Numbered from the stretch's first letter, positions 1 through 10,997 are shown. The stretch: 64,000 nucleotides of DNA from an uncultured cyanobacterium (GCA_963793265.1 CAWBZI010000001.1:96001-160000), one strand, 5' to 3'. The notes: generated by a model not told the origin, from the letters alone. Program-made: numbers and translations.

Positions 1-425
1 AAGATATAGTCGAACACCTAAATTATCCATACATTCATACGAACACTAATCCGTATGAAAGGTTTATTTGGGTTTTCACCTAGCCTAACTAGATATATGA
101 AGCAAGCGTTAGTAAAAAGTTGCGCCTTTTTATAGAGATAAGCGGGCTTTTCGATCAAAATAGTCAAGAAAGTAGGGGCGACTGTCCATAACTTTTTGGT
201 ATTAAATACTGCGTCTACTCGCATTTAGTAGCTTTTTGTCAGCTTCACACTATTCCGTAGCGTAGTTTACATCACCTAGCGATCGCCGTAATTTGTATCA
301 AGCACAATCGCGTAGCCTCACGGGAGATAAAATCCGCACCGCTCGGGAATTCTTCATCAAAGAAAGACACTATGCGTGGTGTTCTTCACAAAATCGTCTG
401 AAACGTACAGAACTTACCTCCTGGA

Positions 426-1178
426 ATGAAGCGACTCCTCCAATTAATACAAGGCTGGCCTCGTCATAGGCGACTAGGGGCTCAGCCTGAAGTGACCGCT
501 AAGTCAGCGAGGCGAAACAACGCGCTGAAGCACACCGTAAAAATTGCTAAGCTACCGATTCAAAGAGAAGCTGGCTTGCCGAACCAGTCCACCGAACCTG
601 CGATCGCAAGCACAATCTACTCAGATCATCCCGACCGACTCTCAGAGCTAGCAGACTCTGCCTACCTGTGTGAAAGGCAAGGGCGATATGCAGCAGCAGA
701 GCGGCTTTATAAAAACGTTCTAGCGCTCAGAGAGCAGCGATTCGGCAAGCGGCATCTGTGCGTTGCAACCAGTCTCAGCGATCTAGCGACATTCTACCAG
801 TTCCAAAATCGCTACAGCGAAGCGCATCCCCTTTTACAAAAGGCCCTGCTCGTCCGTCGTAGCCTGCTTAGCGCCGATCATCCTGATATCGCCTACAGCT
901 TCCATCAGCTCGCCAAATCTCACTACTACCAGAGGCAGTACGGCAAAGCCGAAGCGTTCTTACAAGAGGCGCTGAATATTCTTCGCCGTCAGCTAGGCGC
1001 TGACCATCTCCAAACTCAAGCTGTCTACGGCGATCTTATGAAAACAATCGCAGCGGCGATAGAAGCCGATCGGTTTGACGATCTCCTCTCAGAACTGCCA
1101 CCGCTCAATCTCAGTCAGCTTAGCGAAAACTATAGCTGGGCAAAGCCTGTGTGGGAGCAGTCAACCTTGGGTTACTAG
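426..1178 (+). CDS. Tetratricopeptide repeat protein (kinesin-light-chain-like TPR)
   Basis: Three ~42-aa repeats of type LA..Y..QGRY..AE.LY..AL..R...G.DH. Confidence 0.8.
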   Translation: MKRLLQLIQGWPRHRRLGAQPEVTAKSARRNNALKHTVKIAKLPIQREAGLPNQSTEPAIASTIYSDHPDRLSELADSAYLCERQGRYAAAERLYKNVLALREQRFGKRHLCVATSLSDLATFYQFQNRYSEAHPLLQKALLVRRSLLSADHPDIAYSFHQLAKSHYYQRQYGKAEAFLQEALNILRRQLGADHLQTQAVYGDLMKTIAAAIEADRFDDLLSELPPLNLSQLSENYSWAKPVWEQSTLGY

Positions 1179-1258
1179 AAGCGCGGGCCGCTGCTAAAAT
1201 CTTAGGCTGCTAAATTGAAGGAATCCACACCGCCTAGCTAATCAAAATCACCCAATTT

Positions 1259-1486
1259 ATGAAACTTGCTTTGCTGCTGCTAATAAAGGGGTATCGCCAG
1301 CTTATTTCACCGTTGTTTCCGCCCGTCTGCCGATTTGAGCCAACCTGCTCGTGCTATGCCATTGAAGCCATCGAGCGATTCGGCCCGCTGCAAGGAAGCT
1401 GGATGGCAGCCAAACGTGTGACTCGCTGCCATCCTTTTCATCCCGGCGGTTACGATCCCGTTCCTCACAAAGACGCTACCGACTAG
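1259..1486 (+). CDS. yidD: Membrane protein insertion efficiency factor YidD
   Basis: [29 protein letters not shown] signature. Confidence 0.93.
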   Translation: MKLALLLLIKGYRQLISPLFPPVCRFEPTCSCYAIEAIERFGPLQGSWMAAKRVTRCHPFHPGGYDPVPHKDATD

Positions 1487-1552
1487 CCAAACAGTTTGCT
1501 ACAGTAACGTCACCCGAAATGGTTTAGCGGTTTGCAGCAGTTTCTATAATCT

Positions 1553-2923
1553 ATGAAAAAATCCTACGTCCTTGATACCAATGTATTGCTGCACGACCCT
1601 AATGCACTGCTGCGGTTTGAAGATAACGATGTAGTACTGCCGATTACGGTAATTGAGGAACTGGATCGATTCAAGAAGCGCCCTGAAGAGACGGGTCGCA
1701 ATGCTAGGCAAACGTCGAGAATGCTAGACAAGCTGAGGCAGCAAGGTAGCCTGATCGAAGGCATTCAGCTCAATAATGCCAATGGACACAAGCATAGCAA
1801 GGGCGGACGAGTACGAGTGGCTTTATGCCGCCGGGAAACGCTCGATAATTTACCTGCAGAACTCTACAGCGGGGGTGGCGGCGACGGGGGCGACAATGCC
1901 ATATTAGCCGTTGCCCTAGAGGTCAAGCAGCAGTGTGACCATCCCGTCGTGATGGTAAGTAAAGACACCAATATGCGGATTAAGGCCGATACCTTAGGGC
2001 TTACGGCTGAAGACTATGAAACAGACAAAATAGACGTTGACGATCTCTATACGGGCATTGGTGAAATGCTGGTGACCCCGGAGCAAATGGCGGCTCTGTT
2101 TCAGCCAAAGGCTACCGTTGATTTGCCACAGCTTAGCGAAAAGTTTTCACCTAATCAGGCGCTAACGCTCGTAGATGTCAATAATCCAAACCATACGGCC
2201 CTGGCGACTTTGCGGGCAGACAGCCAGCTCATACCGCTGCCGAAGATTCCTTATAATGGGGTTTCTCGTATTCACGCTCGCAATCGGGAGCAGCGGTTTG
2301 CACTAGCTTTACTGCTCAACGATGCGGTGCCGCTGGTGACGCTAGTAGGTAAAGCTGGAACGGGTAAGACGCTGCTGGCGATCGCAGTCGGTTTGCAAAA
2401 GGTCACTGAAGAAAAGCGCTACACTCGCCTCCTTATTTCTCGCCCTGTAGTACCCATGGGCAAAGACATCGGCTATTTGCCGGGCGATATGACCGAAAAG
2501 CTCACGCCCTGGATGCAGCCTCTATACGACAACTTCGATCTGATTTTCAACACGCAAGACAGCACTGGCAAACCGGAGCACTGGCGACGCGGCCACGAGG
2601 AGCTAATGGACTTAGGTCTTTTGCAAATCGAAGCGCTCACCTACATTCGAGGGCGCACTATTCCAAAGCAGTTTTTCGTAATTGACGAAGCTCAAAACCT
2701 GACCCCACATGAGGTTAAAACCATTCTGACTAGAGCCGGGGAAGGCACCAAGATCGTGCTCACGGGCGACACCGCTCAAATTGATAACCCGTATGTAGAT
2801 GCGGCGAGTAACGGTCTTACCTACGTGATTGAGCGCTTCCGTAATGAGCCACTTGCAGGCCACGTCACGCTCTACCAGGGCGAACGCTCAGATCTAGCGG
2901 CGCGAGCGGCTACGTTGCTTTAG
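1553..2923 (+). CDS. PIN-PhoH (PhoH2-type) protein
   Basis: N-terminal PIN (VLDTNVLL, EELD, DNAIL, SKD.NMR); PhoH ATPase with GKAGTGKT, IRGRT, DEAQN, GDTAQID. Confidence 0.9.
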   Translation: MKKSYVLDTNVLLHDPNALLRFEDNDVVLPITVIEELDRFKKRPEETGRNARQTSRMLDKLRQQGSLIEGIQLNNANGHKHSKGGRVRVALCRRETLDNLPAELYSGGGGDGGDNAILAVALEVKQQCDHPVVMVSKDTNMRIKADTLGLTAEDYETDKIDVDDLYTGIGEMLVTPEQMAALFQPKATVDLPQLSEKFSPNQALTLVDVNNPNHTALATLRADSQLIPLPKIPYNGVSRIHARNREQRFALALLLNDAVPLVTLVGKAGTGKTLLAIAVGLQKVTEEKRYTRLLISRPVVPMGKDIGYLPGDMTEKLTPWMQPLYDNFDLIFNTQDSTGKPEHWRRGHEELMDLGLLQIEALTYIRGRTIPKQFFVIDEAQNLTPHEVKTILTRAGEGTKIVLTGDTAQIDNPYVDAASNGLTYVIERFRNEPLAGHVTLYQGERSDLAARAATLL

Positions 2924-3016
2924 GCAAATCAGCTAGCTCGAACAGCGCTTTAAGCAACAGATACGAAATTCTATCACCTGCATCTGTATCACCTATCAAC
3001 ACGTAAGTGATTCTCG

Positions 3017-4366
3017 ATGCCAAAAATTCTAAGTAAGATTGCGGCTCATTTTTCCAAAGATCGTTCTGGGCAAAAGGGAATTCTGGATATAAATGTTAGC
3101 GATCGCGCTGCCCCTTTGAACATAATGACAGCTTCCTCTTTACAACAAACGCTAAAGCGCGTGCTTTGCCAGCAACCGCTCACTTTTCTAGATCCTGTTT
3201 TTTACACCAGTCCAGATCTACTAGAGCTAGAGCAGCAAAACATATTCAGTAAAACCTGGCTCTATGCAGGTCATACGTCTACGCTAGGTGAGCAAGAAGC
3301 CGTCACCGTTATTGAAGTAGCAGGGCGTAGCTTGCTGATTATGCGATCTGAAGCAGGAAATATTACGGCTTTTCATAACGCCTGTTCTCACCGAGGCTCG
3401 GCGCTACGAGACAGCACGCAACCGACCGCTGCAAGGTGTCTGGTTTGCCCCTATCACGGCTGGACTTTCAATACCAAAGGTGAGCTAAAAGGACTCCCTG
3501 AACAAGAACGCTTTGCAGGCGGCGTAGACCTTTCAAAGCATTCACTCAAGCCTGTACGATTAGAAACTTGGGGGCCTTTGATGTTTGTGTCTCTAAATCA
3601 AGACGCACCGCCTTTGTCTGAGTTTCTAGGAGAGGCGATCGCGATGATGGCAGGCTTTCCGATGGACTCGCTCACCCTGTTATTTAGCGGTGACTACGCG
3701 CTAGATTGCAACTGGAAAACCTTTCATGACAACGGTCTGTGCGACTATCACGTCAACATCGCCCATCAAAAAACGCTTAAAGATATTCAAGGCAAAATTA
3801 AAGACTACGAGTATGTCTTCGGAGACTATATCAACGCCTTAGTAACGCCAACTACAAAGTCATGGAGAGCCGGAAACGAGCTATGGGAAGCGCTAGACGA
3901 GCCTTTTCGTTCGCGATTTGTCACGTTTGGTATCTTCCCAAACCTCCACGTTTATGCGCTTCCTGACGGCACTCTCTATGTAGAACGCATCGACGCAATA
4001 TCGACAGATAGCTGCCGGATGCACGGAGAAGTATACGGCCTACCGCATCACCACAAATCAGTGGGTGCTATTAAGCAGTGGTACGAAGAGCTATTTGCTG
4101 AAGATAAGACCTTAGTCGAAGCCGTTCAAAAAGGCTACGTTAGCATTCGTAGAGACGCAGCGAACGCTGGCTTCACACCTGGCCCGATTAACTACCTAGA
4201 GTCTAGAGTTGTGCACCAGCAGCAGCTTATTCGCAAATTTTTACTCTCCGGCCTCCCTCAGGAAATGGCAACCCCAATTGGCAGCACCTACTCGGATGCA
4301 TTTCAGCAGTCAAAAGCCTTCAAAGCCTTTGATAAGTTCAATCGCAGACCGACTTTGAGCCTATAA
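3017..4366 (+). CDS. Rieske non-heme iron oxygenase alpha subunit (choline monooxygenase-like); start may be ATG 3125
   Basis: Rieske motifs NACSHRG and CPYHGW; mononuclear Fe motif NWK..DNG..DYH....H; C-terminal ED..VEAVQKG. Confidence 0.88.
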   Translation: MPKILSKIAAHFSKDRSGQKGILDINVSDRAAPLNIMTASSLQQTLKRVLCQQPLTFLDPVFYTSPDLLELEQQNIFSKTWLYAGHTSTLGEQEAVTVIEVAGRSLLIMRSEAGNITAFHNACSHRGSALRDSTQPTAARCLVCPYHGWTFNTKGELKGLPEQERFAGGVDLSKHSLKPVRLETWGPLMFVSLNQDAPPLSEFLGEAIAMMAGFPMDSLTLLFSGDYALDCNWKTFHDNGLCDYHVNIAHQKTLKDIQGKIKDYEYVFGDYINALVTPTTKSWRAGNELWEALDEPFRSRFVTFGIFPNLHVYALPDGTLYVERIDAISTDSCRMHGEVYGLPHHHKSVGAIKQWYEELFAEDKTLVEAVQKGYVSIRRDAANAGFTPGPINYLESRVVHQQQLIRKFLLSGLPQEMATPIGSTYSDAFQQSKAFKAFDKFNRRPTLSL

Positions 4367-4438
4367 CAAGAACGATAGATAAGTCCGTTTTCAGGGCATG
4401 ATCGCTTAAGAAAGGCTTATCTATCTAACTGTTGGCTT

Positions 4439-7306
4439 ATGGTGTCACAAATAGCTAAACAGCTCGTTTCAAAGCTGACTGGAAAAGGTAGAAACAAACA
4501 GCGCACTAACCTTTATCAGGGTTCTCTTGCCAGAGAAGCCTTGACAACGATGACCGTCCGAATCATTGGTGTTGTCGGTATATCAGCGCTCCTGAGCTAT
4601 CTACACTTCGTTTCAAACATAGAGCTTCAAGTTAAGCAGCAGCTAGAAAAATATATTGTTGAGCGCGGCCAAAAAGAAAGCAATCTCTTTTTGCTGGCCG
4701 AAGACAATCACGCTACGCTCAAAGCGGAGTTTCTAGACAGGCTAGCTGCTTCAGAAGGCGAAAACCCATGGTTTGAGTTTACAGATTTGTTTTTTGAAGC
4801 CGACGACGGCACGATGCGTACCTGGCCAGATCTATTTACAAATCCTGAAGCAAAAGGCCCTGATCGACATATCGGTGTAACGGGTGTGATTGGAATTGAA
4901 GCGACCAAATCGCTGGATTTAAAGACACGGCGCGTTACAACGCTAGCTGCTGATATGGTAATGACCTACGGGCCTGCCTGGCGCAATCGGTTTCCTGATC
5001 TCTACATTTCTACGCCCAACAATATCATGCTCATCTATTGGCCAGAAGAGCCATGGGGCGCAGATATTTCACCTGATCTAGACTTCAGCCAAGAAGCGTG
5101 GTCATACACTGCTAACACGACTAACAACGTCACTCGTGAAACCGCCTGGACAGGATCTTATTACGATGTCGGCTCAGACTTTTATATGGTCAGTGCGGCC
5201 ACACCCGTGGACTATCTAGGCGAGCATGTCGTTACTATTGGCAGCGACATATTGCTCAATGATTTGGTCAAGCGCACAATTGACGACAAGCTAGAAGGCA
5301 CCCACAACATCATTTTTCGAGAAGACGGCCGCCTGATTGCGCACCCTGACTTGATGGATAGCATTAAGGCTGAAGACGGATATCTAGAGGTTTCAGATGT
5401 AGAGGGAATCGACCTGGAAAATACGTTTGAGCTTGTAAAAGCAGCTGTTAAAAGCAACAACATTGTCACTTTTAACCGAAACACAAATGAATTCTTAGCG
5501 GTTACTAAAATCCACGGCCCAGACTGGTATTTTGTTACTGCCTATCCTAAATCTTTGCTCTCAGAGTTTGCGATCAAAAGTGCTAGATTTGTTCTCTTAG
5601 CCGGTCTTGCCGCGTTTGCTGTCGAAGTTCTACTGCTATTTTCGGTGCTTAATAAGAAGGTCGCTCAGCCGCTAAACGCGTTGATTAAGGCGAGCGATCG
5701 CGTCGCGGAAGGACACTTTGACGTACAGCTAGACGACCAGCGTCGCGATGAAGTAGGCCGCCTGGCCCATTCGTTTAAGCTGATGGTGAGCCAGCTCCAA
5801 AGCTCTTTCGTGGTGTTAGAGCAGCGGGTGGCAGAACGAACCGCAGAGCTAAAAACGGCAAAAGAAGGGGCCGATAGCGCCAACCGAGCAAAGAGCGAGT
5901 TTTTGGCCAATATGAGCCACGAACTAAGAACGCCGCTCAACGGAATTTTGGGATATGCGCAAATTTTACAGCGCTCTGATAGTCTGAGCGAAAAGGAGCA
6001 AAAGGGCATTGGCATCATCAGCCAGTGCGGCTCTCATCTGCTGAATCTTATCAACGACATTCTCGATCTTTCTAAGATTGAAGCTAGAAAGATGGAGCTT
6101 CATCCCAGCGAGTTTCACTTTCTTTCTTTTTTACATGATGTTGGTGAGATATGCCGCATCAAGGCAGAAGAAAAAGGCGTTCAGTTTGAGTTCTCGCCTG
6201 AGGTAGACCTGCCAGAGGGTATCATCGCGGACGAAAAGCGACTGCGCCAGGTGCTGCTTAATCTATTAGGTAATGCAATTAAATTTACCGACAGCGGCAA
6301 AGTTTCACTGGTTGTTAAATCTCAACCTATCGAAGTAGAAACAGTCACAGATAATAGTGCGCCTTACCTACCCGCCAGACGCTTTCGGTTTCAAGTTGCC
6401 GATACTGGTGTAGGCATGAGTTCTGAGCAGATTGCCAAAGTATTCAATCCCTTTGAACAAGTAGGCAGTGCTCAAAAGCAGGGCGAGGGCACTGGGCTAG
6501 GGCTATCGATTAGTCGCAAGATTGTCTCGTTGATGGGCGGAGAGCTTGAAGCCTCTAGTCAGCCGAATGCTGGCAGTACTTTTTGGTTTGACGTGGTGCT
6601 GCCAGAGGGCAATAACTGGGTAGAAACCGCGCACCGGCAAGCGAAAGGGAAGGTGATTGGATATGAAGGCGATCGCAAGAAAATTCTCGTCATAGATGAC
6701 GGTTGGGAGAACCGTTCTATATTAGTACATCTGTTAGAACCCTTAGGCTTTCAAGTTGTTGAAGCTGAAGATGGCCAGATAGGCTTAGCAAAAGCTGTCA
6801 AAATCCAGCCTGATTTAATCATCACTGACTTAGCGATGCCAGTTATGGACGGACTGACGTTTTTAGAGCAGCTTCGACAGATACCCGAGCTAGCCAAAAC
6901 CAGCGTATTAGTGTCTTCAGCTAGCGTATCGCTCGCCTCCCGGCACAAAAGCTCTCAAGCAGGCAGTGATGATTTTATTCCCAAACCTGTGCAGGCAGAA
7001 GATTTGTTTGCTGCACTAGAAAAGCACTTAGGCGTAGTGTGGCAGTACGAACAGACTCGCAAACCTGAGAGAGAAAAAGAACAGAAAGTAGAAGCTCAGC
7101 TAGTGGCACCAGAGGCAGCGACGCTTTCGCGCTTTCATGCGTTAGCTGGAAGTGGTGATATCTTTGGGCTCTCGGATGAAGCCAGAAAGCTAGCCGCTGC
7201 TCAGCCCGCATTGGCCCCCTTCTGTCAGCACCTCATTAATTTGGCTGATAATTTTGAGATTCCGCCCATTCAGTCGTTTATTGAGCAGTATTGCGATGAG
7301 CTGTGA
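4439..7306 (+). CDS. Hybrid sensor histidine kinase (TM-dCache-TM-HAMP-HisKA-HATPase-REC)
   Basis: Two TM segments, Cache-like WTGSYYD, HAMP (RRDEVGRLA), H-box FLANMSHELRTPLN, NAIKFT, DTGVG, GTGLGL, receiver DLAMP. Confidence 0.92.
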   Translation: MVSQIAKQLVSKLTGKGRNKQRTNLYQGSLAREALTTMTVRIIGVVGISALLSYLHFVSNIELQVKQQLEKYIVERGQKESNLFLLAEDNHATLKAEFLDRLAASEGENPWFEFTDLFFEADDGTMRTWPDLFTNPEAKGPDRHIGVTGVIGIEATKSLDLKTRRVTTLAADMVMTYGPAWRNRFPDLYISTPNNIMLIYWPEEPWGADISPDLDFSQEAWSYTANTTNNVTRETAWTGSYYDVGSDFYMVSAATPVDYLGEHVVTIGSDILLNDLVKRTIDDKLEGTHNIIFREDGRLIAHPDLMDSIKAEDGYLEVSDVEGIDLENTFELVKAAVKSNNIVTFNRNTNEFLAVTKIHGPDWYFVTAYPKSLLSEFAIKSARFVLLAGLAAFAVEVLLLFSVLNKKVAQPLNALIKASDRVAEGHFDVQLDDQRRDEVGRLAHSFKLMVSQLQSSFVVLEQRVAERTAELKTAKEGADSANRAKSEFLANMSHELRTPLNGILGYAQILQRSDSLSEKEQKGIGIISQCGSHLLNLINDILDLSKIEARKMELHPSEFHFLSFLHDVGEICRIKAEEKGVQFEFSPEVDLPEGIIADEKRLRQVLLNLLGNAIKFTDSGKVSLVVKSQPIEVETVTDNSAPYLPARRFRFQVADTGVGMSSEQIAKVFNPFEQVGSAQKQGEGTGLGLSISRKIVSLMGGELEASSQPNAGSTFWFDVVLPEGNNWVETAHRQAKGKVIGYEGDRKKILVIDDGWENRSILVHLLEPLGFQVVEAEDGQIGLAKAVKIQPDLIITDLAMPVMDGLTFLEQLRQIPELAKTSVLVSSASVSLASRHKSSQAGSDDFIPKPVQAEDLFAALEKHLGVVWQYEQTRKPEREKEQKVEAQLVAPEAATLSRFHALAGSGDIFGLSDEARKLAAAQPALAPFCQHLINLADNFEIPPIQSFIEQYCDEL

Positions 7307-7388
7307 TGGCTATTTTTGGGGATTCTAAAAAGAGAATGTCACAATTACTGACAGCACCTCGCTAGGCATATGGCGTGTAAAAATTGAT

Positions 7389-8696
7389 TTGGATATTGAG
7401 ATAATGACAGCCAGCGCGCAGTCTTCTGAGTTCGTGTTAATTGTGGATGATATCCCCACAAACATTTCTGTACTGGCACAAACACTGCGTCAGGCAGGGC
7501 TAGCTATCCGAATTGCAAACGATGGTGTCGGCGCGCTAGAACAAATTCATAGAGAGCAGCCAGCGCTCATTTTGTTAGATGTGCAAATGCCGATTATGGA
7601 CGGGTTTGAAACGTGCAGGCGACTTAAAGCCGACGAAAAAACGCGCCATATTCCCATCATTTTCATGACGGCGCTTTCGGATAAAACTAGCCGCTTAAAA
7701 GGGCTTTCTTTGGGCGCTGTTGACTATATCGCGAAGCCTTTTGAACAAGATGAAGTCCTCGCACGCGTAAGAGTGCATCTTCAGCTCAAGCAGCTTACCG
7801 ATAGATTAGAAGAGAAGGTAGAAGAACGCACGCTTGAGCTACAGAACGCTCAGGTTCAGCTTGTTCAGCAAGAGAAGCTAGCGACATTAGGTGAGTTAAT
7901 CGCAGGCGTGGCCCATGAAATTAATAATCCAATGGCCTGTATCACGAACAATATAGACCCGGCTCGTGACTATATTCGTGACCTGACGGATCTGATCGAA
8001 CTGTATAAGGCGCACTACAGCGAACCTGCTAACGAAATCAATCAGCTATTACAGAGTCGAGATATCGATTTTGCTCTAGAAGATTTGCCGAAGCTGTTAG
8101 ATTCTATGCAGCTTAGCACCGAGCGAATTAAAAATATCTCAACCTCTCTGCGCAATTTTGCGCGGGTAGATGTGGATCAAAAAGTGCCCGTTGATCTTCA
8201 TGAGGGACTAGATAGCACGCTGGTGATACTGGGGCATCGGATTAAGGCCGTCGGCGATCGCCCCAGCATCACCATCGTCAAACAATACGGCGCGCTTCCT
8301 GAAGTTCCCTGCTTCCCCTCTTCCATAAACCAGGTATTTATGAATATCTTGGCGAACGCGATAGACGCCCTAGAGGGCATAGCAGAGCCCAGCATTACAA
8401 TCACAACAAAACCAATCGAAAACGACTGGATCGCCATCGAAATTGCAGACAATGGGCCGGGCTTAACCGAAGTGATTAAGCAGCGTTTGTTCGAGCCACT
8501 GTTTACCACTAAACCGATGGGCAAGGGCACCGGACTCGGGCTTTCGATCAGTCGCCAAATTATTATCGATAAGCACCAGGGCCGAATAGAATGCTTTTCA
8601 GAGCCTAATAAGGGCTGTCGGTTTGTGCTAGAGCTGCCCATTGACAAAAACGCCACGTCCAACCCGCTACTTAGTTCACTAGCAGCCTTAGCTTAG
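7389..8696 (+). CDS. Receiver-histidine kinase hybrid (REC-HisKA-HATPase); probable start ATG 7404
   Basis: LIVDD, LLDVQMP, KP; H-box AHEINNP; NAIDA, DNGPG, GTGLGL. Confidence 0.9.
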   Translation: MDIEIMTASAQSSEFVLIVDDIPTNISVLAQTLRQAGLAIRIANDGVGALEQIHREQPALILLDVQMPIMDGFETCRRLKADEKTRHIPIIFMTALSDKTSRLKGLSLGAVDYIAKPFEQDEVLARVRVHLQLKQLTDRLEEKVEERTLELQNAQVQLVQQEKLATLGELIAGVAHEINNPMACITNNIDPARDYIRDLTDLIELYKAHYSEPANEINQLLQSRDIDFALEDLPKLLDSMQLSTERIKNISTSLRNFARVDVDQKVPVDLHEGLDSTLVILGHRIKAVGDRPSITIVKQYGALPEVPCFPSSINQVFMNILANAIDALEGIAEPSITITTKPIENDWIAIEIADNGPGLTEVIKQRLFEPLFTTKPMGKGTGLGLSISRQIIIDKHQGRIECFSEPNKGCRFVLELPIDKNATSNPLLSSLAALA

Positions 8697-8765
8697 TGCT
8701 GCTGAGCGCTATATCATAAACTGTGTGAGGAATGCGGCTCTTGTCGGCCACCACTAATAGCACAA

Positions 8766-9320
8766 ATGGACTATACGATTCGCCTAGCTGAAGCGGCTGA
8801 CGTTAGCGAACTACCTGGGATAGAAAAGGCCGCTGCTCAGCAGTTTATGCCGTATCTAGAATGGCTCAAAATTTCAGTAGACGTGTTAGAGGGGCTAGCT
8901 GGCCTGAGCTTTTTGAAGAAAGCTCAGGCGGATGGTCGGCTGTGGGTAGCTGATGTAAACCAGAGAGTAGTAGGCTTTATCGTCGTCAAGCTTTTGACAG
9001 AAGGGTGCTTCATCATAGAGCTAGACGTGCATCCCGACTACGGGCGAATGGGCATCGGCTCAGCGTTGGTTGAAACCTGTTGCCAAGCCGCCCGAACTCA
9101 GGGCTTTGAGAACGTTCTTCTGACCACTTTTCGCAAGGTGCCCTGGAATATTCCGTTCTATCAGCGGTTGGGGTTTGAGATACTACCGGCCCAAGCGTGG
9201 TCGCAGGAGATAGAGGCGATTGTGCGCCACGAAGCACGTTATGGATTTGCCCCTGATAAGCGAGCGGTGATGAGACGGGTTATGCCGCATGATAAAGAAT
9301 TTGGGTTCGTTGCAGAATAG
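8766..9320 (+). CDS. GNAT family N-acetyltransferase
   Basis: VHPDYGRMGIGSAL acetyl-CoA motif; LTTFR.VPWN.PFY..LGF. Confidence 0.88.
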   Translation: MDYTIRLAEAADVSELPGIEKAAAQQFMPYLEWLKISVDVLEGLAGLSFLKKAQADGRLWVADVNQRVVGFIVVKLLTEGCFIIELDVHPDYGRMGIGSALVETCCQAARTQGFENVLLTTFRKVPWNIPFYQRLGFEILPAQAWSQEIEAIVRHEARYGFAPDKRAVMRRVMPHDKEFGFVAE

Positions 9321-9335
9321 GCGTAGCGCGCAGGC

Positions 9336-10307
9336 ATGGTAGGAGCAGTAGACAGCGAGGCGGTTAAAGCGCAGGCAAAAACGTTGGGCTTTGATCTGGT
9401 GGGGATTGCGGCGGTGCCGGTTGAACCATCAGCAGCAGAGAAGTCTGCACAAACTGCGCTGCAAGCCTGGCTAGCTCAAGGATTTCAGGCTGATATGGGA
9501 TGGATGGAAAGCGATCGCCGCCAAAACATCCGGCAGATTATGCCAGCCGCTCAGTCTGTCATCTGTGTAGCCCTTAATTACTACACCGATCATCAAAGGC
9601 CGCAAGGGGCTGAATACGCGAAGATTTCTCGCTATGGCTGGGGCCGTGACTATCACCGCGTATTGACTAAAAAGCTAAAGCAGTTGGCCGCTTGGCTACA
9701 GGCGCAAGGCACTGAGATAGAAGCGCGGCTGTATGCCGATACAGGCCCAGTGCAGGATAAGTTTTGGGCGCAGCAAGCGGGACTCGGCTGGATTGCGAAA
9801 AATGGCAATGTGATTACGCGCCAGTATGGCTCCTGGGTGTTTTTGGGCGAAATTATTACGAACATAGCGCTATCTACCGACTCGCCGCATACGCCGCACT
9901 GCGGGAGCTGCATGCGATGTATCGCTGCTTGTCCTACAAAGGCAATTCGGGCTCCTGGCGTTGTCGATGCCAATCGCTGTATTGCCTACCATACGATTGA
10001 GAATCGGGCTGAGGCGCTGCCGGAGGCGATCGCCCAAAACCTCAATAACTGGGTAGCAGGCTGCGACATTTGCCAGGACGTATGCCCCTGGAACCAGCGC
10101 TTTGCCCAGGCTACGAACGAAGCCGCCTTTGAGCCCTACCCTGAGAACGTCGCCCCGACCCTGGCAGCGCTCTCTACAATCACTGAGGACGAGTGGAATC
10201 GTCGGTTTCCAGCATCCGCGCTGCGTCGAATTAAGCCACCTATGCTCAGACGAAATGCAAAGGCAGCGCTCCTATCTCAGGTAGAATCAAGCACCCCGGA
10301 AGAATGA
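9336..10307 (+). CDS. queG: tRNA epoxyqueuosine(34) reductase
   Basis: SRYGWGRDYH, DTGPV, CGSCMRCIAACPT, RCIAYHTIE, GCDICQDVCPWN. Confidence 0.95.
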   Translation: MVGAVDSEAVKAQAKTLGFDLVGIAAVPVEPSAAEKSAQTALQAWLAQGFQADMGWMESDRRQNIRQIMPAAQSVICVALNYYTDHQRPQGAEYAKISRYGWGRDYHRVLTKKLKQLAAWLQAQGTEIEARLYADTGPVQDKFWAQQAGLGWIAKNGNVITRQYGSWVFLGEIITNIALSTDSPHTPHCGSCMRCIAACPTKAIRAPGVVDANRCIAYHTIENRAEALPEAIAQNLNNWVAGCDICQDVCPWNQRFAQATNEAAFEPYPENVAPTLAALSTITEDEWNRRFPASALRRIKPPMLRRNAKAALLSQVESSTPEE

Positions 10308-10358
10308 TATGGTCGCTGTTACGCGCGAAAGAGAATTTAAAGAGAGGCAGCTTAATAA

Positions 10359-10985
10359 ATGGCAGTTGAAGAGTCCAAAGCTAACAGCGACTTAAAAGAG
10401 AAGACGCTAGCCGCATCTAACCCGCAGACTACCCCGCAGACTGCTTCAGGCATTTGGAGAAAGCTATTTACTGAAAACGCCAGGCTAGTAACGGTGGCGC
10501 TAGCGATCGCTCTCTTTGTCCGCTTTTTCATTGCCGAACCCCGCTACATTCCCTCCCCATCAATGATGCCAACGCTGGCGGTAGGCGATCGCCTACTCGT
10601 CGAAAAAGTATCCTACCGCCTGCATCCGCCCAAGCAAGGCGATATTGTAGTGTTCGAGCCACCGCCGCAGCTACAGGAATACGGCTATTCGGCGAGCCAG
10701 GCATTTATCAAGCGAGTGATTGGCTTGCCGGGGCAGAGTGTGCAGGTGAAGCAAGGGCAGGTTTTGGTAGATGGGCAGGCGATCGCTGAAAGCTATGTTG
10801 CCGAAGCCCCAGCCTACGAGATGCCGCCAGTGCAGATACCTGAGGACAGCCTATTCATGATGGGCGATAACCGCAACGACAGCAACGACTCTCACGTATG
10901 GGGCTTTCTGCCTGAGCAAAATGCCATCGGCAAAGCCGTCTTTCGCTTCTGGCCCCTAGACAAGTTCGGACGTATCGATAGCTAG
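10359..10985 (+). CDS. lepB: Signal peptidase I
   Basis: IPSPSM.PTL (catalytic Ser), IKRVIG (Lys), MGDNRNDSNDS. Confidence 0.94.
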   Translation: MAVEESKANSDLKEKTLAASNPQTTPQTASGIWRKLFTENARLVTVALAIALFVRFFIAEPRYIPSPSMMPTLAVGDRLLVEKVSYRLHPPKQGDIVVFEPPPQLQEYGYSASQAFIKRVIGLPGQSVQVKQGQVLVDGQAIAESYVAEAPAYEMPPVQIPEDSLFMMGDNRNDSNDSHVWGFLPEQNAIGKAVFRFWPLDKFGRIDS

Positions 10986-10997
10986 AATCTCAGACAG

